From: Nageia nagi
Taxonomy: Eukaryota; Plantae; Pinophyta
Direction of reading: 5' to 3'
DNA length: 64,000 bases
NCBI GenBank assembly: GCA_050084985.1
Contig: JBITNC010000001.1
Location: 114,824,001 to 114,888,000, forward strand
In this document: in pieces, positions 13,133 through 23,954 of the stretch
Numbering within the stretch: the stretch's first letter is position 1
How the letters are laid out: each line of letters opens with the position of its first letter
The notes under the pieces: generated by a model
Told to the model about the DNA's origin: nothing
Seen by the model: the letters and a program-made list of their open reading frames with translations, nothing else
Database searches by the model: none
Made by a program: the position numbers and the translations under genes

Positions 13133-14900
13133 TTCTTCAATTGGTCTCCCAAAAATTCAATCTTCTTCTGTCACAAAGTACATTAACAAAATTTGTTTTC
13201 TGTAAATTTCAAATCGATTGCACCCCAGATAATTGTGAACTTAATCTATAATGTCAACCTCTCAAAACTCAAGCCAAAGTTAAAATTAATTCACATATAT
13301 TACTCCAGTATATGAGTTACTCTAATCTGTCAATTGGCATTATTTCTTTTCATTATGAGTGACCTAAAAGTACTATTGTTTTGTTCTTGCACTAATACTG
13401 TTTAAATTTTACCACAAAGATCCATTTCTTGAGCCGCTCTTATGCAAATTGACTTCTCTATATCAGTAGATCCAAGATCTCAGCTCAGCCCACATTCAAA
13501 CCTAAATCTATTAGCATAAATGCCACTACACTATCTCCATCATATTGGGCAACATTCACAAGTCTTCTTGGTCCTTTGACATTTACAATAGATCTCTGAA
13601 GAATCCAATATCAAGTCCTTGGTCTCTTTGCTTTAGAAAGTTATTTATTAGCCTTTATCTTATTCATTTTGTACATTTCAACTTATCCAAAAACACACAT
13701 GTATTAGCCCTTTAAATTATCGTTTCTGCAATGTTTCCATCAGATCACTACTTTGAAACACCAAATCTTGGGCATACTTGTTATGAATCCCACATAACCA
13801 CTCATTTACCCATAAAAGTTAATATCATTGTTAGACGGTTGTATGTCTTAGAGATTAGTGTATGCCATAGTAATATTTACACATAAATAGGAACATAGGT
13901 TAGACCCATAATTATCATATCATTATTCATTTAATTTGGTATCTTTGCATACTTGGAAGGTTGCTCCCTCGAAGTAGCAACAACTCTTTGGAACTCTTAT
14001 TGATTAATCATTGCAAACCTCCATTACTTTTTATTCTAGACATGACAATTGTGCATGGTCTTCTATTGTTAATTAGCTTCACAGATGTTATCCATTTCAA
14101 TTCGTTACCTTGAGTATTGGAATTGTGGAATTCGCATGTTATTTCTCTTATTTGTAGTAGTAGAATTGTAACAAGTGGTATTACAGCTTCAATCTTGGCT
14201 ACCTATTGAATAAAGAAAAATTGAATCCAAAGGCTTTACTACCCTAGAAACACACCATCCTCCAGATATAATTAGGTACTTATTAACCATGAGAAACAAT
14301 GCTATTTTTACAAATGTAATATGCCCAAATTTTCGGTTACGGCTCATTTTTAGTCTTGGAGGGATCTCGTCCTCCACAAGCTAGGAATTGTCAATTCATC
14401 GCTTGAAATAGGCTGAGAATCTCGTGCCAATTGTTTTGACAGGTTACATAACATGGTTTCATCAATAAAAGAAGGAAATATGGCATTTTTAAGTTCACTC
14501 ATCGGGCCAGAATTGTCATATTGTGCACGTGCACTGCAATCTAGAATTCTATTTTCTGTTAACTCCTTGAAATGTGACGTCCCTTTCCTAAGAATGTGCA
14601 ATTGTTATTTCCATAATTTAGGACTGATTATATTTAATTAGGAATATTTTAATATTTAGGCCCTATGATTATGTAAGTTCCACTTGGAGCTCTGCAACAT
14701 GGGATGTTTGACTCTAGGAGTCATTTATTGTTATTTTTAACTAGCATAAATATTTGTAAATGTGTGGGCCACTTAAGGATGCCAAAATAAAGTTGTAATT
14801 ATAATACCAAGGAAATATTATATTTGTAAATACAATATTAGTAGCTTCTAGAGAGGCGTTGCATAATCTTAGCCTTGATGAATGTAATAAAAGTGAATTG

Positions 14901-16189
14901 TGTGACGTCCCTCTTGCATGGATGTAATTAATTGTAGAACCCAACGGGTTCCTCTTGCAATAGAATTTATTAATGCATTGTACTTTCATGTTTGTAACTT
15001 GGGATAGAAGACTTAATGGGTCAATGGACCCCACTATGAGCCCCAAGTGGGACGTCTCCCTCCCAAGTCTAGAATAGGTGTTATGATTGCACTTGGAGAT
15101 CCTGTTCTTGATTGTGGGAATCCCAAGGCCTGTTATTACACTGAGACGATGGATGGACACTTATATGCTTGCGCCAGCCTTAGGAGGCTCCCATACCCCC
15201 ACGTTGGCCCAACATGGCACCAGATCCCGTGTTTTCCCCCTTGACCCATGTGGGCATGCGTGGCACTCCTAGACTCTAACGTTGGCACTTAACGCACCCC
15301 AAGCCCCCATGTTGGCATGTCTAACCCTTAGACACCCACGTTGGGTATTCCGAGCCCCCAAGATCCCACCGTTGGATTAGAAGATCCAGGTGATGACTCC
15401 TAAGTGAGATCCGAACAGAGCAAGTGTAATAAAAGACATTGGAGCTTTATTGTTGTATATACTTGATTATTATTATACTTCATATCGTCCAAAGGAAAAC
15501 AAAGAGTTAACGGTGCTAAGCAATCCCCTAGGTGCAGCATCTAGGAGGTCTTTCAAGCTGAGGGATCTTGATTGTCTACGACATTGACGCAGCGCCCTTG
15601 CCCATCCAATGGTATTCTGAGGTATAGCTTCTACCTTCAATGGTTTTAAAGATCAAAGGAAGCCTCCTTCGATGGAGAGAATTTAGGTTTTGAGGAAGCA
15701 ATATTGTCCTATGGTTTAAGTACCAGTCCAGCAGTGAGCGACATATAGATTGTGCCCTAGATGGCTCCTAGGAGGCCAACGTCTAGCTCTGGGAGCTTGG
15801 TATTGTATTGATATTCATTATGGATCATATATACAGTCAGTGGCACTTGGATCTCATATTTATATTGTGCATGCTTGTTTATTGCCATCATTGGATTACT
15901 ATTGCATGTATTTGTGTATATTGATTAGATGGCATTGTGAGCTTTGTGTATATTGTCATTTGCTTGTATTCGCTAAACGTTGGTATCCTGATGTTGTGCA
16001 TGTCTCATATTGATGCCCTAGCTTAGACGTTGGTATCCTTGCATTGTAATAACTTAAAGTGGATGCCCTAACCCTAACATTGCCATATTGAGGGTTTGTA
16101 TGATTGTGATTGATGCCCTAGGAATGACGTCAAGGTGTTTGTAATCGAATTTGCTAATTATTGCTTGAGGTTGTGTTTGGATCCTTACA
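14901..16189 (+). mobile_element. Solo-LTR (family A) with perfect 5-bp TSD AATTG
   Basis: TGTGACGTCCC...GGATCCTTACA, with AATTG at 14896-14900 and 16190-16194. Confidence 0.9.
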
Positions 16190-19100
16190 AATTGAGCCCC
16201 CTTGATGCAACTTTTGTAATCTCGAGGCACACACAAAGACACCAAGATGCAACGTCTCATCCCATGGACAAATCTAGACCATGGAACATGATTACATCAA
16301 TCCCAATGCATCTAGAAGGTGTACGTTGGACAAGAGGGTCATTTGCACGCTATAAAAGGGAGATAAAAGCTCACTAGAAGATATGCTTGTTTAAAATTAT
16401 TTCTCTCTTCTTCAGGTTGTGGGCGTCAGCTCCTTTTGTAGCCTCTTGTGGATGAAAACCCTCAACAGAGGTGTTGAAGCTTAACAAGGTTTCAAGGCTG
16501 TACAGATTGCTTCTTTGAGGCATAAAGCACCTCAAAGGCTTTGCTAGCTATCTAGGGGTGTTGGCATTACCTTAGATTACCTTAACACTGCTAGAGACCC
16601 TTGTGTCTTCCCCACAACTTCCGAAGGAGGAAGACTAGGTTCAACCTTGCCCATCTGTGGGATAGCCTTGGTGCTATTTATTTGTTCTTAGTTACTTTCT
16701 TGAAGATCTTTAGATAGGGCAACATTTGCTCTAGACAAAGCATGTAATTTAATTCTCATTACAATATTATCAAATTACATTTTACGGCTCAATTATTGTG
16801 TTATCTTTCAAAGTCTTGTGACATCCCCCTTGCATTATTGTTCTTAATTCTGAAATCCAACAAATTCCACCAGTGTATTATATTTAATTATTTAATTGTG
16901 CTTTTAAGTTAATATTTAGGATAGAAGACTTAATGGATCATTTGACCCCACTATGAGCCCCAAGTGGGACGTCTCCCTTCCAAGTGTAGATTAGAGTGTT
17001 TTAATGTACTTAGAGATCCCAATACATGATTATGGGAATCCTAAGATCTATTTAGCACTTACTAAATGGATGAGCACTTAATGGCCCCAACGTTGAGATT
17101 GGGAGCACTTGTACACAAGCGTTATTGTAAAGGTTTGTATTAATCCTCTTTGTAAATACACTAATACTTAAAGGTATCATTAGATACCTTAAGTATTTAA
17201 GTGAATATGATAATGTAACTTGTCCTACACTCCATGTCATGAGCATACCCCTTGTGTAAAAGGGACTTGCATGTCATGCCTTTGTACATTGGTTAAAAGG
17301 GTGATCCAAAGAGGGATTTTAGCCTATAAATAGAGGGCTCCCTCTTTGTGATCACACACCAATTTGTGAAGTAAAGTTATGCTATAGGATAGTGTTTAAG
17401 AGATGAGATTAAGAGGTTTGTAAAAGGTTCATATTTGTGAATGAAGTAAGATCTAGTTAGTGGATGTACTACTAGTTGAAGAAACCACTTCATCTCTTGA
17501 GTCGCTTTGTGAGATTGTCTTCTTGAGTTATCTTGATGTGAGTTTGAGCTTCCATGAGATCTTGGTAGTTTATGAATGTTTTAGTTATATTGCAAATCCT
17601 TCATTTGGTATCAAAGCTTGGTGTGGAAGCTCTTCATCTTGAAGGTATTCATTCCTCATCGTGCACTTCTTTGTTGAGGTAAAACTAAGAGAAGGTATAA
17701 ATTCCTTCCTTCCTTGGTTATTTTTTTCATTAAGAAGACTAACATATTTTGTGAGATGTATTAGAGATGTGTTAGTTTCTAGTTTTAAATAAGATCAAAA
17801 TATCAATACAATGCAATTTTTTATTAACACTAACCTCTTATGTTAATAGCATTTTTTTATATAAATGCTTAATTTATTATTCAAGAGGATAGTATATAAT
17901 GCTTTTTTTTAGTAGCATTCTTAAAAAAATTGCTTAAATCATTGATATAATTCTATTTAAAGAGGAGATTATACAATTTTGTTTTGTATATATAACTATA
18001 TCTTCTATGCAAAAACAAAAATCTACCCTACAAAAAAAAATTTAGTTTTATTTTTAGAAGATTGTATTTCTTTTACAAAGGTATATCAATTGTTTAAAAC
18101 CAAGAGGAGTGGAATATATTCTTTTTATAAAACTAAAAAAAAAACCAATTTTTTTTAAATGTTTTGTTTCAAAAGCTTTGTACTGTTTAAACCCCCTTGG
18201 CTTTGACCTTATTGATGGGATCCACAGCATATTGAAACATAGTGGCAATCTTTTTTCCTTTGTTGAAAAGGGAGCAGTTGGTTCATAGCTAGACCTTCAC
18301 CCTTGCATGAGTCACTAATCCACTCCTGTAGATGACTCCTCTCTACACTCTGTTTTGGCTCTATGTTTGTCGCTCTTCCTCTCTTGTAGACACCTCCTCT
18401 CTTCACCGCCAAAACTCAACGACAGCACTTGCTACCCCATCTCTCGTCAGATTAACCTTGCCTGGTCGTCGTCTGTTGGGCCTAGGGTTTAGGCATGCGA
18501 GGGAGGGTGTCTATCTGCCTGCTACCTTGTCTCATCTCTACCAAAATTCCTCTGCTCCTTCCTTCCGCTCCTCTTCCCATGCGCATCCTCCCTTCTCTGT
18601 TTTTCATACTTTTTATTCATTACTTCTTTTTTCTTGGTCCTAATAAAAAAGGGGGGCACCTTTTTTTTAATTTATTTTGGTAGATAATCATTAATAGCAT
18701 TATGTTTTCTTGCAAGTAATCTTTTGAGAAAAACCATACGCTTATGTTTTTTCTTTAATGGGTGTCCTATTCATTTAATTCACTCTGACTTAATAAGAGT
18801 TAGAATAAAAACCTAATGATGACCCATTTAATTTTTTTGGAGAAACTTTACATTAGAATGGCAATTTTTTTGTGTCAACATGAATTTTTTTTACCTAAGT
18901 ATCTAGTGTTAATTTTCATGTTACCTAAAAGTTCTTTAAGTAAACAAAAGGAGGAAATTAAAAAAAAACATAGCTGAATAAATCTTTAAACTTAGAAGAT
19001 TTTTTTATAGCATGCAAATTTTTTTTAGGAATAAATTGCTAAGTTAAATTAGTACGTTATCTTTAGGGATAAATATTTAAGTCAGAGAAGGGAAAGTTTG

Positions 19101-19199
19101 TATAATCTTTACTTAAATATTTATCTAAATATTGCATGTTAGAGTTGACAAAATAGTGAATCTTTTTAAATTCCTTATCCAAAGTTAACTTATTTTTCT

Positions 19200-19445
19200 T
19201 AATGATGCATGCTTATTACTTAAATTTTTCAAGCTATAAAATTGATGCATGCTAGGTATTTTCTTTTGCAAAGTTAACTTATGCAAATTAATGGAATAAT
19301 GCATGCTTATTTAAATTTTTTTAAGTTATGAAATAATGCATGCTCACTTAAAGTTTTTTAAGTTATGGAATAATGCATGCTTGCTTAAATTTTTTAAGCT
19401 ATCGAATGATGCATGTTTATTACTTAAATTCTTAAGTTATGATGC
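19200..19445 (+). repeat. Degenerate tandem repeat (~37-41 bp, ~6 units) in Copia leader
   Basis: Recurring AAT(G/A)ATGCATGCTT..ACTTAAATTTTT.AAG(C/T)TAT units. Confidence 0.75.
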
Positions 19446-19449
19446 ATTT

Positions 19450-20070
19450 TACTTCCTTATGTAAGAAGGAAATGGATGTGTGCAAATAAGAAATGATGTA
19501 AAGATATCCTTTAGGGGTTGGTAAACAAAACCCACTGGACTCTTAGATGTCAAATTTCGAATGGATGATGCTTTACTTATGCTCTTTTACTTCATGTTTT
19601 GCATTTTGCTTTATTTACTTACACAAAAATCGCAAACATTGAAATGAGCAACCCCCTAAAATGAACACATCCGCACGTACATTCTGCAACATGACTTGCT
19701 TGGGGAGCTATGAGGTGAGGACAAGCATACTAAAGCCTTAAAGTCCAACAATCGTACTTCTCAATTGCCCCTAAATCCTCTGTTGGTCTGGATATAACTC
19801 CATTAGGTGGATAGGCATGTGCGTAGTGATACCACATGTTCGCACATCCATTCAAGAATTATCCTGATAACCTAGGAGGACAACTTGAAACCTAATCAAG
19901 ATTAATAATTTGGTCGATCCAATAAACGTCATAACCTTCGAAAATAGTACGTACTCCTTGTGAGAGTATAATACTACCCAAAGTGAACTAGTTGAGGATT
20001 GATAGTACCTGGGCTCCACCTTGCAAGCATCCAGGTGAAGGCTTAATTTTAGAAAAGAAAACAAGCCTAA
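19450..20070 (+). other. Candidate highly structured cis-acting RNA domain in Copia 5' leader
   Basis: About 12 mutually compatible complementary helices found by eye (listed in findings). Confidence 0.55.
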
Positions 20071-20286
20071 ACAATGTCATTCTACATCTACGATTCTTAG
20101 TGATGATAAAAGTATTAAGGTACAAGGGATGTATATTTGATTTATAAACATTTGCTCTTGTGAACCAAATCAAGCATGTCTTTGTTGTTAAATTTAACAT
20201 GTATTATTTAATTGGATTAAAACTTAACATGTAATATTATTTTTTAAACCACATGCTTATTATTTATTCACATTCTTGTGTAGCAC

Positions 20287-23200
20287 ATAGGAGACACCTT
20301 TTTACTCAAACACATTCTCGATGGTTCCAACTTTGGGATTTGGAAACTTCGGATGAGAGCTGAATTGCAAGCAAGGAAGCTTTGGCAAATAGTGAATGAA
20401 AACCTTGTTGCTCCTATAGATGAGAAGGCACATGATTTCAACCTCAACCTACATGATTTTCCATGCAGTGTCAGATGATGTGATCCTTATGATTTCAACC
20501 TCAACCTCAGCAAAGGAAGCTTGGGATAAGCTTAAGAATATCTACCTTAGATCTAAGTTCTTTACAAGGTTCACTATCCTCCAAATGTTTGCTTCAATCT
20601 TATCAAAAGGAAAATGAAAATGTTGCCATCTACTTGAACAAAATCATTAACCTTAAGACCCAACTTGTTGCTTGTGGGTGTAATTGGATCAATGATAAGT
20701 TCATGGTCTTCATCATTCTCCAATGCCTTTCTTCAATGTTTGGTAACTTTGTGAAGGTAATTGAGACTAGGCTTGATGATGAAGAAGAAGTCTTCTCCCT
20801 TGAGAACATTTCTCGGCTCCTATTGAAGCATGAGAAAACTCTTAACAAAAAGGTATTCATGTTTTCTTCAAAGGACAATAACATTGCTCTAGGAGCAACC
20901 AAGCTCCTTTCAAGAAAAAGTTCAATCATCATAAGATATCTTATCCTTCTTCCTCCAAAAGGTTTGAGAAAAGGGGCAACAATAGCAACTTCAATATTAT
21001 TGGTCACAAAGAAACTGATTGCTACAAAAAAAATAGAGGAAAGGTACAAGGGCATTGGAAATATATAGAACTTCAAAGGAAAGAAGAATATAAAAGCTGG
21101 ATTTATTGTTGCGCTCTACTCCATGTCTTGCTCTTTTTTGACTGATTAAATTGTTGACTCTAGTTGCACTAATCACCTATGCTTTGAAAAAGATAAGTTT
21201 AAAAATTTTCATAAGTATAAAAAAGATGCAGTTTGTGATAGATGATAATTCTATCATTGAAGTCGAAGGAATTGGGAGTGTGTTGATTCAGGGGAAGGTT
21301 CTTGTTAATGTGCTCTATGTTCCTAAGCTTAGGATGAACCTTCTCTCCGTGATCCAAGATGCAAGAAAAGGGTACTCATTTGAGTTCAACTCGTAATCTA
21401 GGTGCGTTAATAAAGGACTTGCCACATTGGTTAAAGAGTCAGTAAAAGATGATCTCTACATTGTGGATAAGGTTCCAACAAAGATATGTATTGCTATGAA
21501 TGTGTGTTCTAGAAGCGATATTTGGCACCAACATTAAGGGCACCTTAACCACAAGAGTATTCATGTCATGAAAAACCAAGAACTTACGAAAGCTTTGCCT
21601 TCAATTGGTCTATGTGAGAGGTGCATCTTAGAAAAGATGAATAGACAAAGGTTTGAGAAGGATAAGGCAACAAGAGAATCTCAACCTCTTCAGCTTGTGC
21701 ATTCAGATTTGATGGGTCCGTTTCAGACTAAGTCACTTGGAGAAGCATCTTACGTCTTGACCTTCATCGATAACTTCAGTAGAATGACTTTTGGCTATCT
21801 ACTTGAGCACAAGGATCAAACCTTTGAGAGTTTTGAGAATTTAACCCTTAGTTGAAAATCAAACTAACCTTAAAATCAAGATGTTGAGATCAGATAATGG
21901 AGGAGAATATAATAGCAATGAATTCAATGTCTATTGCGCTAAGCATAAAATCAAAGGGCAGTTTACGATTCCATATACTCCTCAGCAAAATGGTGTTTCA
22001 TAAAGGAAAAACAGGACAATTATGGAGATGGCTAGATGCATGTTGGGTCATCTTCCTAGTTTCTTGTGGGGTGAAGCTGTGAGCACTGCTATTTACACCT
22101 CGAATAGGTATCCCACAAGCCATTCAGGGTAAAACTCCTTTTGAGCAATGGTCAAGTAGAAAACATAACATTTCTCACCTTAGGGTGTTTGGTTGTGAAG
22201 CATTCTCCTACATTATTTCTAAGAAAAGAAAAAAATTGGACAAAAGAGCTAAAAAATGCATCTTTGTGGGTTATGACAATCAATGTAGGGGCTACAAGCT
22301 CTACTCTCCATCTTACAAAGGAGTGTTCGCTTCAAAGGATGTAAAGTTCAATGAACTTTCAGAAGAATCTTCTTCTAATGAGGATGTTGATGATCCAAAT
22401 GATTCATCAGTTGCACCTAGTTGGTTGGATATTGATGTAGACAAGTCACCTCAGGAGCAAAATTCTCCAACTCAAAGGATAGCAAGGAGCATAATCTTGA
22501 ACAAATCCTTATTTGTCAAGATTGACAAGCATGAGCCCTCATCATTCAAAGAAGCTTCAAAGCACGAGTACTGGATGGAAGCCATGAAAGTGCAGTATGA
22601 GGCGCTTCTGAAAAATGAAACATAAGAATTGGTTTTTTATCCTAATGAGAAGAATGTGATTGGCAATAAGTAGATCTTCAAGGTCAAATATACTTCAGTT
22701 GGAGATATTGTGAAATAAAAGGCAAGGTTAGTAGCCAAAGGTTTTGCTCAAAAATATGATGTAGATTATGAGGAAACCTTTGCTCCCGTGGCAAAGATGC
22801 TTATTGTCAAAATTATTCTTACTCCTTCTGCAGCTTAGAGATGGAAAGCTTTTCAACTTGACGTCAAGAGTGCATTTCTCAATGGTGACTTAGATATGGA
22901 AATCTACATGAATCAACTAGAAGGGTTTGTTGTGGAAGGAAAAGAGTCATTTGTGTGCAAGCTCAAGAAGTCATTGTATAGACTTAAGCAAGCACCTAGA
23001 GCCTGGTACAAGAAGATTTCAGGGTCATTTGCAGACATTGGATTCTCCAAATGCTTTTCTAACTTTGACTTATATGTGCTCAATCAAAGAAAAGATGTGG
23101 TCTTGATTCTCCTTTATGTGGATGATCTTTTGATTACTAGGAATAATGATGAAATCATTCAAGAGTGCATATCCAAATTTAAGGCAACGTTTGAAATGAC

Positions 23201-23954
23201 TAATCTTGGTCTCTTGCACTACTACCTCGGAATGCAAGTCTACCAATAAAAGGATTGTACCTATCTCAATCAATCCAAGTATATATCAAACATCTTGCAG
23301 AAGTTTGGAATGGAGTGTAAACATGCTGCAATCCTAGTGAATCTGATGGCACGATTCATGCAAAAACCATGTGTTAAGCACCTCAATGCTGTTAAGCAAA
23401 TTTTAAAGTATGTTGCAGGAACTAAAGATCTTGTTCTCAAGTATTCTAAGTTGCCCTCGTTTGTTCTCTCAGGATTCTCTGATTCTGATTATGTAGGAGA
23501 CAGAGATGACAGGAAATCAACCTCTGCGTATGTATTTAGCATTGGTTCAGGTGCTATTTTTTGGGCCTCCAAGAAGCAACCTACTGTTTCTCTTTCCACC
23601 GCAGAAGCCGAATACCGTGCCATGTCTGTTGCAGCCCAAGAAGCTATTTGGCTAAGGCATCTTCTGAAATAAATTGGGTATGAGCAAGTTGGCTCATCTC
23701 TGATTTCTTCAAACAATCAATAGGCGATTTCTTTGGCTAAGAATCCTGTGTTCCATCAGAGAACAAAACATGTGTAAATCCAAGCCCATTTCATCAGGGA
23801 GAAGGTTCTTCATGACATCATACACCTGGAGTATTATCCATCTACCTTGAACTCCGCTGATTTGTTCACCAAACCCCTTCCTGAAGCTCAGTTCTGTAAG
23901 CTTAGGGATGCTATCGGGTTGGTTAAGTTGCCCTTAAGGAGGAGTGAAGTTTGA
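20287..23954 (+). pseudogene. Copia gag-pol (gag, protease, integrase, RT, RNase H) with many stops/frameshifts
   Basis: LDGSNFGIWKLRM (gag), VDSSCTNHL (PR), LVHSDLMGP and SDNGGEY (INT), LDVKSAFLNG and LYVDDLLI (RT), SDSDYVGDRDDRKSTS and STAEAEY (RH). Confidence 0.92.

Noticed and set aside
13140-13800. Possible old L1 fragment
   Set aside because: No diagnostic motif could be read.
18209-18683. Short ORFs and PPT-like AAAAAAGGGGGG in the Copia leader
   Set aside because: Low-complexity pyrimidine/purine-biased sequence with no recognisable domain, and no LTR follows the purine tract.
19860-19900. Hammerhead ribozyme core (CTGATAA...GAAAC)
   Set aside because: It deviates from CUGANGA, and I could not build the three required helices around it.
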